Assembly: GCF_006345805.1 (NCBI RefSeq)
Contig: NC_043003.1
Span: forward strand, 28,768,001 to 28,832,000
From: Octopus sinensis
Taxonomy: Eukaryota
Direction of reading: 5' to 3'
Length of the DNA stretch: 64,000 nt
A program made the position numbers and the translations under genes. Under the pieces are notes generated by a model. The model was not told where the DNA came from and did not search any database. It saw nothing but the letters and a program-made list of their open reading frames with translations. Of this stretch, positions 37,121 to 49,569 are shown piece by piece (within the stretch, counting starts at the first letter, position 1; every line of letters starts with the position of its first letter).

Positions 37121-38058
37121 ATAGTAAAGAAAAATAAGTTGGCTAGCAGCAAGCTGTTTCGCCTCATACCGAAGAAGAATTAGAAATGGCAGTCAAAGAC
37201 CGTTTTTCCATTTCTATAAGTGGAGATTCCAAAAACGAAGGCCCTTGCGGCTCACATACACAAAACCGAGTGGCAAATATACGAATTCAGTCACTTACCG
37301 TAATAGCGAACACGGTGTTTCTGGATCACAACATATAAAAAAAGGGGAGTTTGAATTCCGTCATCAGCGCTATATCGATAGCTTTATTAAATGCCACCAG
37401 CCCCTCACTTCTGACCCGCGACATCAGATAGTGGGGGGAAGTGCGCAGATGTTAAAACCGAGTAACGACTGGGAACGTAAATTTTCCCTCCAAAATTCTG
37501 CCATGCGCGCCTTCTTGGGTAATCGTAATGGAATGAGGAATCCACATGGTAATACAATAAAAATGGTAAATAATTTTCCTGTGGTTTTTCATGTAACCAA
37601 CAATTATTTACCGGTAAATTCGGTATGTAATACGACAAAATATTGTCAAGACCTTTGTAAGGTTCAGTATATAGTAAAGAAAAATAAGTTGGCTAGCAGC
37701 AAGCTGTTTCGCCTCATACCGAAGGAATTAGATATGGCAGTCAAAGACCGTTTTTCCATTTCTATAAGTGGAGATTCCAAAAACGAAGGCCTTGCGGCTC
37801 ACATACACAAAACCGGAGTGGGCAAATATACGAATTCAGTCACTTACCGTTAATAGCGAACACGGTGTTTCTGGATCACAAACATATAAAAAAAGGGGAG
37901 TTTGAATTCCGTCATCAGCGCTATATTCGATAGCTTTATCAAATTCCACCAGCCCTCACTTCTGACCCCGCGACATCAGATAGTGGGGGGAAGTGCGCAG
38001 ATGTTAAAACCAAGTAACGACTGGGAACGTAAATTTTCCCTCCAAAATTCTGCCATGC

Positions 38059-38059
<1 letters not shown>
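37121..38059. repeat. Partial tandem duplication, 550-bp period, between (TA)n and (GATA)n
   Basis: atagtaaagaaaaataagttggctagc at 37121 and 37671; second copy truncated at 38059 and differing mainly by 1-nt indels. Confidence 0.9.
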
Positions 38060-38122
<63 letters not shown>

Positions 38123-38449
38123 TATGTAAATATGTATGTATATTCTTTTATTATTTTGTTTTAGTCATTTGTCTGCGGCCATGCTGGAGCACCACCTTTA
38201 GTCGAACAAATCGCCCCAGGACTATTTTTTGTAAGCCTAGTCCTTATTCTGTCGGTCACTTTTGCCGAACTGGTAATTTGCGAGCTTCTTTCAGTTTCCG
38301 TCAACGAAATCCACTCACAAGGCCCGAGCCTATAGTAGGAAACACCAGCTCAAGGTGCCACGCAGTGAGGCTGAACCCGGACCTATTTGATTGGTAAGCA
38401 AGCTACATACCTCATAGCGAAACTTGCGAATATATATGAATAAAAAGGG

Positions 38450-38776
38450 TAAAGACCCCCTTCGGTCATGAATGACCATGGGATTGCACCTAGAAAGTTA
38501 TCCTCCTAGACACAAGTCCGGGCAAGGTTGTTTATGGAAGACCAGCAGTCGCCCATGCATACCAGCCTCCCCTCTCCACGCCACCGATGTTATCCAAGGG
38601 AAAGACAAAGGTCGATACAGCTTGGCACCAGTGACGTCGCAACTCATTTCTACAGCTGAGTGAACTGGAGCAACGTGAAATAAAGTGCTTTGCTCAAGAA
38701 CACAACACGCAGCCCGGTCCGGGATTCGAGCTCACAACCTCACGATAATAAGCTCGACGCTCTATCCACTGAGCCA
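38450..38776 (-). mobile_element. Family B SINE, full length
   Basis: Reverse complement colinear with 16808-17141; a deleted family D copy is adjacent at 38150-38420. Confidence 0.9.
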
Positions 38777-38829
38777 TTCATATATATGAATATATACACA
38801 TATATTCGCATATATATATTATATATGTA

Positions 38830-38874
<45 letters not shown>

Positions 38875-39059
38875 ATATGTATATATATACACACACACTG
38901 AGTTATTTACTTTCTCACCTCTCTCTCTACCTTTCTGTCTATGTATATACAAACATACATACACACATACATGCCTACATACATATATGCGTGTGTATAT
39001 CTGCATATATATACGCGCCTCTGTCTATAAAAATAATATGTTAATAAATGTATATGGAT

Positions 39060-39459
39060 ATGTCCATATTATATATAAAATAATATAATATATTTGTCTT
39101 TCGTCTTCTTCTTCTTCTTCTTCTTCTTCTTCTTTTCTTTTTCTCCTTCTTCTTTTTCTTCTTCTTCCTTTTCTTTTTCTTCTTCTTTTACACCTTTTCT
39201 CTTTCCCCCCTTATCATTATTGTTAATTTACTATCATCATCATCATCATCATCATTATTATTAATATTATTATTATTATTATTATTATTATTTGAGTAAT
39301 TAAGCTATTATTATCCGTAATGGCGGAAATCTTGTGAAAATGCATCGCTTGAAGCAATTTTTGCTGGCAATCAGCTGGATATTCATTTTATTATGCAAAC
39401 GCGTATTATTGTATGTATGTATGCATGCTTTAATCCTATTCTGTATGTACACTATGCAA

Positions 39460-39492
<33 letters not shown>

Positions 39493-39531
39493 CTATATAT
39501 ATCACACACTATATATGTATATATAATTATA

Positions 39532-39583
<52 letters not shown>

Positions 39584-40309
39584 TTATGTATATATATATG
39601 TACATATGTATATACATATATATACATACGTATATACGCAGATACATACAAGCAACTATATATTTACACACACATACATTCACACCCACCCAGACACATA
39701 CACATGTAAACACATACATTAATATATAAATATATGTATATATATATGAATATATATATATATGTATAGATGAATATATATGTATAAATGTGTGTATATA
39801 TATATTATATATATATATACGTATGTATGTATGTATGTATGTATGTATTGTATGTATGTATGTATGTATGTATGTATGCATGTATATACGTATGTATGTG
39901 TGTATGCATGTATGTATGTTTGTATGCGTACATATATATATATATATCTATATATATATATACATGTGGATATGTCCATTTATTTTCCCAAATACTTGAA
40001 ATTAACAACGCGAAGGTGGAATAAATAATAAATAAACGAACAATATGATATATGTAAGCACATGACTAACGTGCGTGTGTGATTGTATGTATGTGTTTGT
40101 GTATGCCTCTGTCTACGTAAGGATATAAATGTGTGTTTGTGTACATTTGTATATACGCGCACGTATACACTTCTTTATACTTACATGTATATGTCTATAT
40201 ATGTGTATGTGTGTGTATGTATTATGTATATATATATTATATGCATATACATGTATATATATATATATATATATGCATATATATATAAATTATATATATC
40301 TATATATAT

Positions 40310-40348
<39 letters not shown>

Positions 40349-40665
40349 TATATGAATATAAATATACACACATACATAGACACAATCACATATAATGTGT
40401 ATGAATACATAGGCCCGCGCACACACGGACATAAAGGTTACTTCGCCATATTCTGCTTTTAATTTGCAGTTCTATTTTCTGATATTCCCTTCTTATCCGA
40501 ACTGGCATGTGTCGAAATCTTTCATAATCTTGATAATCTTTGTAATTCTTTTCTGCGTGGCTTATAATATATTGTAACACAACATCAACAACTGCAACAG
40601 CAACAACAAAAAAATAGTAATAACGATATGAACAACAACAGCAATAATGATAATAATGACGATGG

Positions 40666-40704
<39 letters not shown>

Positions 40705-41009
40705 GATGATGATGATGATGATGATGATGATAATTAAAAAACAGACGATTAAACCGTGAAATAACAAATAACGATACAACGACTAGCAAAAAGAAATTAT
40801 ATAAATACTGAAATCAAAGTAATATGTTTTAAATAACTTAATATTTGCGGATGCGGATAAATTCAAGCGTTCTGCGTCAGATTTTCATGTGTGTGTTTGT
40901 GAGTGTTTGTGTGTATGTGTATGCGTATGTGTGTGTGTATGTGTGTGCGTGTGTTTCAGTTGAACAAATCGCATAGTTTTTGTTGTTGTTGTTTTTTAAG
41001 TCTAGTACT

Positions 41010-41040
<31 letters not shown>

Positions 41041-41400
41041 GCTGTCTCTCTCTCTGTCTCTCTCTCTGTCTCTCTCTCTCTCTCTCTCGATTTCTTATGC
41101 CCAAGCGCTAAGTTACAAAATCGTAAACCAAGCAACAACAGTTGTCTAGTGACGGGGTAAGTGGGGTGTCAATCTCACAGAAACTCGAACGCGCACACAC
41201 GCGCACACACACTTACACACACTCACACACACATACTCACACACACTCACACACACACTCGCACACACACACACATACACCCACACCCACACACACACAC
41301 TCACTCTTACACACGCACTCATACACACACAAACACCTACCTCACACCACACATCACCACCCACTCCCTCACACCACACACAACACACACAGACAGACAA
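39060..41400. repeat. Microsatellite-dominated block: (CTT)n, (CAT)n, (ATT)n, (TA)n, (TATG)n, (GAT)n, (CT)n, (CA)n
   Basis: Direct reading; explains all ORF-track hits in this interval. Confidence 0.9.
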
Positions 41401-41449
41401 AAACTGTGTCGAAGTCCATCGTGCATATTCTTTTATTCTTTTATTGTTT

Positions 41450-41790
41450 TACTTCTTTCAGTCATTTGACTGCGCCATGCTAGAGCACCGCGTTAATCTT
41501 TGTAAGCCAAGTATTGATTCTATGTGTTTCTTTTGCTGAATTGCTAGGTTACGGGGAACATAAACACACCAGCATCGGTTATCAAGCAATGGGAGAGGGA
41601 CAAACAATACATATTTATACACATATTTGACGGGCTTATTTCAATTTCCGTCTATCAAATCCACTCACAATACTTTGGTCGACTCAAGGCTAGAGTACAA
41701 GACACTTGCCCAAGGTTCCACGCAGTAGCATTGAACCCGGAACTATGCGGTTGGGTTGGAAAGCAAGCTTTTTATCACACAGCCACGGGT

Positions 41791-41824
<34 letters not shown>

Positions 41825-42100
41825 CCCACGTTTGTGCGTATGTGTGACCGACAAGCTTTCACACAATTTCTTATTTCTTTACTGCCCACAAGGGGCTACA
41901 CACAGAGGGTACAAACAAGGACAGACAAACGTTCTAAGTCGATTATATCGACCCCGGTGCGTATCTGGTACTTATTTAATCGACTCCGAAAGGATGAAAG
42001 GCAAAGTCGACCTCGGCGGAATTTGAACTCAGAACGTAGCGGCAGACAAATACCGCTAAGCATTTCGCCCGGCGCGCTAGCGTTTCTGGTACCTCGCCGC
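41450..42100 (-). mobile_element. Family D SINE (41450-41790) and family C monomer (41870-42100)
   Basis: Diagnostic motifs on the minus strand. Confidence 0.8.
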
Positions 42101-42256
42101 CTTCACACAATTTCTGTATATCCAATTCATCTAGGAATGATTGGTCGGTCTGGGTTATCGTAGAGGACTCTCGCCCAAAGCGCCACGTATTGGGACTGTT
42201 TTTGAGACGATTTTGTACCAATCGACCTTCATCACCACACAGCTATAGTGTATGTA

Positions 42257-42289
<33 letters not shown>

Positions 42290-42759
42290 TGTATGTATGT
42301 ATGTATGTATGTATGTATCTATCTATCTATGTGTTTATGTATGTATGTATAAACGTTTGTTTATATACCAAGAGGTATATACAATATACTTATAGTATAT
42401 ATGTGTGTATGTGTATGCCTGTGTGTCATGTGTGTGTATGTGTGTGTATTTGTGTGTGTGTATACATCTATGTATATTAAGCTCAACACGTCATAAATCA
42501 GAGGTACTGAAGTAGATTTGAATATTAAAATGTCCTGTATTTCGGGTGTTTCTTCTCATCGGGTATTTCTGTGTACCTGATAAGGATGTAAACACATTCA
42601 TACACATTCACATTGTTTTTCTTTTTACCCACGTGGGCGAATACCTCCATACGGCTCTGATGTTTTTGCACATTGTTATTTCCTAGTAGGCATCCGGCTC
42701 ATAGCGTTATGGTGAGAAATTGTAAAAATAAACTTTTTTTTAAATAGAATAAATTAACA

Positions 42760-43165
42760 TATATATTAACATAAAATTATCAACCATCGTACAAACAATA
42801 ACTCTGAGCACCTTTTCAAACTCCACCCATCTAACACCCGTGGACATATTTACAAAGTAAGAAAACAGCACAGCTCCCGTGACTTCAGGAAACATTTTTT
42901 CACGCTGAGGGTTGCTGAAGCATAGAACAAACTGCCGGCATCAGTTGTTAGTTGTCGGAGCACTGCATCCTTCAAAACTTCCATGCTTCCTGAGATTCGC
43001 CAACACTACACTTGATTTTCTCCCCTCCATACACACACAAGCATGTATCTGACTCATACATTGTTCGCTTTCCAGACATTTCTACATTACTGCATGTACT
43101 TTATATGCACTTTCTGACAAGTTGTGGTGCACCTGAGCACTGTATACAATTAATTTCATTATTAT
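42760..43165 (+). pseudogene. CR1 LINE 3' end
   Basis: HLFKLHPSNTRGHIYKVRKQHSSRDFRKHFFTLRVAEA*NKLPASVVSCRSTASFK, 3' UTR, (ATT)n tail. Confidence 0.85.
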
Positions 43166-43479
43166 TATATGCAATTGTGCGCAACGCGGAGTAGATGAAA
43201 CAGAGGCGGCTGAAGAAATGGAATGTTCCTTGTGTTGTATGTCCTGTACTCTATTTTTTCGTTGTTTAAGAAAAATGTCCATTTCCTTGGTTTTGTGTTT
43301 GTTTTCGTTTCTCATTGTGTTCGGCGTACCCATATATGCATGTATATATACATATAGATGTAGGTACGTACATATATGTATATATATATATGCATGTTTT
43401 TATTTATTAATTTTGATTATAATATATGTTGTACTTAATAAAAGTCTAATATACATTCCATCTTCTACTTTATTAATAC

Positions 43480-43539
<60 letters not shown>

Positions 43540-43667
43540 TTTTTATTTATATTATATAGAGGGCCTTTCTATACATAAATGCCACAAGCTAGGAGGGACA
43601 CTTAAAGTCAAAACTACCAAAATAAATGAGATTTTATCCTATTTTTAATTGTATATATATATATATA

Positions 43668-43846
43668 TATACTTTATTTAAAGCAGCAGAAATTCAACAA
43701 AACCTGTTACTCTTGAGTTTCCGTTGCCGTTCATCGGACAGTTCTTGCTAGATTCTAGCCAATAGCAAAAACTGTCCGATGAACGGCAACGGGAAACTCA
43801 GAGTAACAGGTTTTGTTGAATTTTCTGCTACTTTAAATAAAGCATA
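43668..43846. repeat. Long hairpin, about 83-bp arms, 12-nt loop; each arm holds a hammerhead-like motif
   Basis: Arms 43668-43750 and 43763-43846 reverse-complementary with few mismatches/indels. Confidence 0.95.
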
Positions 43847-44058
43847 TTACTCTATCACTGGTATTTGAGTACTCTTTTTTCCCACCTTGTTTCACATTTA
43901 TGTGTTTACTCCGGTATATATATATATATATGCACATCTTCGGTGATTTTATGCATGTATATTCTATGTTGAAAGAAAAGGCATTATGTGATTAAATGTT
44001 CGAGATATGAAATGTTACGTGGATGACCTTATATTTGTTTGTTCTGCAACCATGTGTG

Positions 44059-44097
<39 letters not shown>

Positions 44098-44146
44098 TTG
44101 TTTTTTCCTCAGTCTTTCTTTTCTATTGGACTTTCCTCTGTCTCCT

Positions 44147-44181
44147 GTTTCTGAGGAAGAGCTTTGCTCGAAACGTAAAAC
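44147..44181 (+). ncRNA. Minimal type I hammerhead ribozyme motif (Penelope-type)
   Basis: GUUU-CUGAGGA-A-GAGC-UUU-GCUC-GAAA-CG-UA/AAAC: stem I 4 bp, complete core, extra A after A9, stem II 4 bp with G10.1-C11.1, palindromic ACGU stem III; predicted cleavage after 44177. Confidence 0.75.
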
Positions 44182-44299
44182 TACCTTTCTTTCCCTCCCT
44201 GAGCGTCTGCCAATACTAACGCTGTTGTTTCTTTGTGTGTACTCTGCGCTTTTTTTGTGGTGGGTGGGGATTTGCTATATGTATATATATATATATATA

Positions 44300-44641
44300 G
44301 GAGCACTCCGTCGGTTACGACGATGAACGGAACAGCTTGCTCGTGGAATTAACGTGCAAGTGGCTGAGCACTCCACAGACACGTGTACCCTTAACGTAGT
44401 TCTCGAGGAGATTCAGCGTGACACAGAGTGTGACAAGGCTGGCCCTTTGAAATACAGGTACAACAGAAACAGGGAGAAGTTGTGGTGAAAAATACAGCAG
44501 AGTTCACCACCACCCCCTGCAGGAGCCTTGTGAAGCTTTAGGTGTTTTCGCTCAATAAACACTCACAACGCCCGGTCTGGGAATCGAAACCGCGATCCTA
44601 CGATCGCGAGTCCGCTGCCCTAACCACTGGGCCATTGCGCT
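44300..44641 (-). mobile_element. Family A SINE, full length
   Basis: Head gcgcaatggcccagtggttagggcagcggactcgcgatcg...gtttcgattccc; central gggtacacgtgtctgtggagtgctcagccac. Confidence 0.9.
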
Positions 44642-45079
44642 ACCACGCTATATGTATATAGATTTATCAGGCACGTGCCGTAAGTAAGTACTCTGGATAG
44701 GCAGTTGGAGACCTTTATGTTGTAAAACACACACAAAATAATCGAAACAAAGGCGCGCAGCTGACTTGTAGGCAGATCTACTTCTGCCTTCATAGCACGT
44801 AAAGAAAATGTTGTTGTAGGAATGTACACGACACGTGTACTATAGCAACATTATGCGTAGCTTAAATAATGAGATTGAAGAGCAGGGACGTATTATGCCT
44901 ACCTAATCTCTAAGAAAGTAAAATATTTTGCATTTTATACTTTGTAATCAGAGTAACCTCCATGATTTTATTGAATTAGGTGCATATTTTACCATGAAAG
45001 GAAAATGTTGCTATAGATTTATTTTATCCAAGGTAGGCACTGCCTACCTTGCCTACCTAGACGGCACGTCACTGATGTA

Positions 45080-45355
45080 TATACGATCATGTGAGTTCGA
45101 TTCCCGGACCGGGTTGCGTGTTGTGTTCTTGAGCAAGACACTTTATTTCACGTTGCTCCAGTTCACCCAGCTGTAGAAATGAATTGCAACATCACTGGTG
45201 CCAAGTTGTATCGGTCTTTGCATTTCCCTCGGACAACATCAGTGGTGTGCATGGGCGACTGCTGGCCTTCCACAAACAACCTTGCCCGGACTTGTGCCTC
45301 GGAGGGTAATTTTCTGGGTACAATCCCATGGTCATTCATCGCCGAAGGGGGTCTC
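45080..45355 (+). mobile_element. Family B SINE, head degraded, internal deletion
   Basis: Colinear with 16808-17141. Confidence 0.85.
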
Positions 45356-45444
45356 CTATATATATATATAAAACCAAGGCGGCTATATGCAATATTTAAC
45401 CAAAACGGAAAATTTCAATTGTCAGTTTTGCTAGAAACAAGAGC

Positions 45445-45740
45445 TAAAAGCCTTTATAACCACAGGAAGCACTTTTCTATGCACTATGCACTGACAGGGG
45501 AGATAACCACCCTACAGCGAGCGAAATCACCATAATAATCTAGTTTCGCTCCGAATTTAGTCTAGTTTGGCTTCGAATTAAAGCTCCTCTGTGGTGACAG
45601 CTCCTTGACGGAGTAGTCACCACTGAGGAGCTTCCATTCGAAACGAAACTAGACTTGTATGGCGATCTCGCTTGCTGCGGGGCGGTTATTTCCCCTGTCG
45701 ATGCGTAGATATGTGCTTCCTGTGACTATAAAGGCTTTTA
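45445..45740. mobile_element. Palindromic MITE/foldback element, 296 bp, TA at both ends
   Basis: taaaagcctttata...tataaaggctttta; arms complementary almost to the centre near 45607. Confidence 0.85.
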
Positions 45741-45744
45741 TCAC

Positions 45745-46010
45745 TTATTTCTAGCAATGTACGTGCTAACTTAAATCCACTTGCTGTAGGGATGCAACCA
45801 CTTTGTAAAGATCTCATGGATATTCTCCAAAGTTAAGGTATCCATGACCCCTGACACTGCCTTCTTCATCTTCAAAACGATTGACCCTGAGGTTTCCTTC
45901 AGTTTGGGGAATAACCAAAAGTTACAAGAAGGCTTGGGCTGCAAGGAATTTGAGGGACAGTTTTAATGAATAGTTGGTTGCCACGATGGAATTCTGAGAA
46001 GCAGTTTTTA
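45745..46010 (-). pseudogene. Mariner transposase C-terminal relic
   Basis: CNFWLFPKLKE and AVSGVMDTLTLENIHEIFTKWLHPYSKWI* in shifted frames. Confidence 0.75.
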
Positions 46011-47329
46011 GCACAGCGTGTTCAAAGAGCAATTACTGTCGTGTCCCTCAATCTGAAATATCAAAAGTTGAGGGGTCAGCTTATTAGATGCATAGCAACG
46101 ATATTCCTAAAATTACAATAATCTGAGACAGTTATAACTTCTGTAACATACTTCGTATATGCACGTATGAACAATAAATAAATTATAAAATTGAAGGAAT
46201 GCATATATACATACAAACGTACATACGTATATAAATGCATAAATACAAATGCACATATCTCATACATACGTGTATACATAATATATATATACGTATAGAC
46301 ATATATTCATACTTACGAACATACATGCACGGACACATACATATATACATACCAAGAAACATACACACTTAAAGCCATACGTATAGATACATGTGTGTGC
46401 GTGTGTGTGTGAGTTCAAGATTTGTTCAAGTATTCGGTACCGGATCTTGGTCTGCTGGTGAAAATTCTAAATCTACACGCATGCATGCATACACATATAC
46501 CAATAATATACCAATATATGGATATATATTATATATATTATATATATATAACACACAACACCACACATATATATATATATACATATACATACCTACGTAC
46601 ATACATACACACTCAGACATATTTACGTATATATATCATGCATCTGTGTGTATATATATTTATATAAATATGTGTTTATATATATATATATATATTATAT
46701 GCATGTGTGTGTCTGTGTGTGTAAGTGTGTGTATATGTTTGAATACCATAACAAATACATAAATACACAAACACTCTATTCCATACAGACGTACATACAC
46801 ACAGACATATGCACGTACACTTTTGCACACTATATTCTCTGCTTTATGCTACATTAGGCAATATGAACACACTGTATTAATATTATATAGAACCAACAAA
46901 CCCAAATGCAACCAGACTTGTTTCCTCCGGATCTGTAAAAGAATAAAAACAAAACAGTAACAGATACCACTGGGTGCATGTCTGTGCACCGATACAGGAT
47001 CAGTGCTTATGAGCTAGACATTAGGATTGGCAATGTACAATTGTCTTGCACCGAAAACTGTAAATAACATTTTTTCAAGTAATTCACCTATATAGATTGG
47101 CAGGTTTGTCTTTGATGCATGAACGTCTGGTACGTTCGTGACGTCGAGAAAGGATGAGTGGTACATGAGCAATTAAGTGTGTATGTGCGTGTATGTGTGT
47201 GTGTTTGTATGTATTTGCGTATACGTTAATATTTACGAAACATACTGACTATTTAACATCTGTTGAGGAAGCAAACCTTGCTGCTGAACTGTACATTTTT
47301 ACACGGTGTTGTCACCTGCTTGAGGAGGT

Positions 47330-47593
47330 GAGATTAACGTGCGTGTGGCTGAGCACTCCATAGACGCGTGTATCCTTAACGTAGTTCTCGCGAAGATTGA
47401 GCGTGACACAGAACGTGACAAGGTTGGCCCTTTGAAATGCAGGTACTACTCATTTTTCTAATTTCTGCCAGCTGAATGTTCTGGAGAAACGTGAAATAAA
47501 GTGTCTTTCTCAAAGACACAACGCGTCGCTGGGAATCGAATTCATGATCTTCGGATCGTGAACCGAATACACTAACCAATAAGCCACGCACCT
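47330..47593 (-). mobile_element. Chimeric SINE: B-type head module plus family A central domain
   Basis: ggctgagcactccatagacgcgtgtatccttaacgtagttctc shared with 44380-44405; cgtgaaataaagtgtctttctcaa shared with family B. Confidence 0.7.
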
Positions 47594-47658
47594 TCACAAG
47601 AACACTTGCACACACATACAAAAAGATGCATGTATATATATATTTATATACATACGTG

Positions 47659-47689
<31 letters not shown>

Positions 47690-48079
47690 TCGTGTGTATG
47701 TATACATACACACACATATATACTTATATATATGTATATATATATGTACAGAGAGAGAGAGAGAGAAATATATACACATACGTACATATATGTATGAAAA
47801 AGGTTTAGTTCAAGTAGTAGCTGGAGGAGTATGGTAATACGTAATAAAATTAAATTGAATTAATTCAATTATCATTTTAATTATTATCAGAATTAATTTA
47901 ATTTTACATGTTTCTTACATATTGGTATTATCATTCGAAACGACGGTATGGATTAAAACTTTATAAAAACTTTTAACATTTTCTCTTCTCTATTTTGTGA
48001 TTGTTAGTTGAGTTTATATAGGATTATATACTATAAATGCTCATAACACACTTTTTACTTATACACCCCGCCACACACA

Positions 48080-48305
48080 TATATACTTTGATACTTTGAT
48101 ACTTTGATAGGTTTCGGCCATTATTGGCCCAGGCCGTGTCTAACTTAATAGCACCACCTGGTGAAGTCTTTCAAGTCAGAATTTGGGCACTATGGCCCAC
48201 TCAAGTAGAGAGTTATTGTTTACAGAGACATATCCGGGTGTAGGGGGTTTATCCGGGATTTCTTGAAGGAATCTGTCCAAAGACTTCTTGAACCCTATAG
48301 GGTCT
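48080..48305 (-). pseudogene. CR1-group LINE 3' end, second family, (TATCAAAG)n tail
   Basis: GFKKSLDRFLQEIPDKPPTPGYVSVNNNSLLEWA*; UTR caggtggtgctattaagttagac; older + strand copy at 49225-49450. Confidence 0.8.
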
Positions 48306-48458
48306 GTTTCTGTTTTAATGTGTTTCTGTTTTAATGTATATATATATATATATATGATGTATATATATATATTAAATTACATATATAGATATATATATGT
48401 AATGATATACATGCAAACTACTCGCATATATACATACATACATAACATATATATATAC

Positions 48459-48529
<71 letters not shown>

Positions 48530-48909
48530 GTATAAAACTGAAGTTGTCTGTGTATGACAGGTTTGGTAGCCTTCAACTAACACTATCTCCTCCGAGACCT
48601 TGCGGCGCAAGTTGACCAAAATTGAGTTTATGATAGAAGGCTTGCTCTTCCTTCCGAAGAAGAAAAAATTCAAATCGGACCATGTTAACACCAAAAATTA
48701 TTTACATCAAAAAGGGGCCTTTTTTCTATGAAAATCCCTATATTTTCACGATTTTTTTACTGCTGTGTCGCCATTTTTCGGCGTATTTCAACCAGAATAT
48801 GTTCACTTAAAGAGAATAATAAGCTACATAATGCCGAATTTTTACTTTTCAAAAATTTCAATTCTAAAGGGTCGAAACAAACCCGAGCAACGCCGGGTGA
48901 TACTGCTAG
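48530..48909 (+). mobile_element. Non-autonomous Helitron
   Basis: 3' hairpin acccgagcaacgccgggt (48881-48898) then CTAG (48906-48909) before T; 5' end blurred by (TA)n. Confidence 0.75.
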
Positions 48910-48930
48910 TATATTTATATATATTTATAT

Positions 48931-49093
48931 ACAATATTTACATTTGACGGATATTTGTTGCCATCTTGTTTGTTGTTAACACAACGTTTCTGCTGATATA
49001 TCCTCCAGCCTTCATCAGGTGTCTTGGGGGAAATTTAGAACCTGTTAACAACAAACAACATGAGGACAAATATCCGTCAAATGTAAATAATGT
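48931..49093 (-). mobile_element. Hammerhead-bearing tail of the 19873-20179 family between 50-bp inverted arms
   Basis: Arms 48931-48980 and 49044-49093; minus-strand GACAC-CUGAUGA-A-GGCUG-(10 nt)-CAGCA-GAAA-CG-UU/GUGUU at 48978-49023. Confidence 0.75.
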
Positions 49094-49569
49094 ACACAAT
49101 TCCTCATCTCTTAAACTTAGAAGTTTATATATATATATATATATATTATTTATTATATATATACATACATGTACATATATATAACATATTTAACATTCTC
49201 TCGTAACAGATCAAAGAAGAAAAGGTTCCAATTACCTTTAAACGGAATCTGGACAAATTTCTTCAAGGAATACTGGATAAGCCACCTATACCTTGATACA
49301 GCTCACTCGTCAAGTACTCCCTATTCGAATGAACCATGATATCACAAAACGGATTAAAAAAAGGATTTAGATAATCTTGTCAGGTGGTGCTATTAAGTTA
49401 GACATGATCGGTACCAATCTTTGATCGAAACATATCTAAGTTCATCTAAGTTTATACATACATACATACATACATACATACATACATACATACATACATA
49501 CATACATACATACATACATCACCTCTTTGATTCTATGCCGGACGTTCATGTATATTTCCACTTAGTTGT

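Noticed and set aside
37245-37853. 202-aa ORF
   Set aside because: Crosses the tandem-duplication junction, repeats its own N-terminal peptide and has no recognisable domain.
46880-47057. Two good minus-strand acceptors (46933, 47058)
   Set aside because: Stops follow in all frames, the intervening intron would be only about 35 nt and no peptide was recognised; could only be a terminal or non-coding exon.
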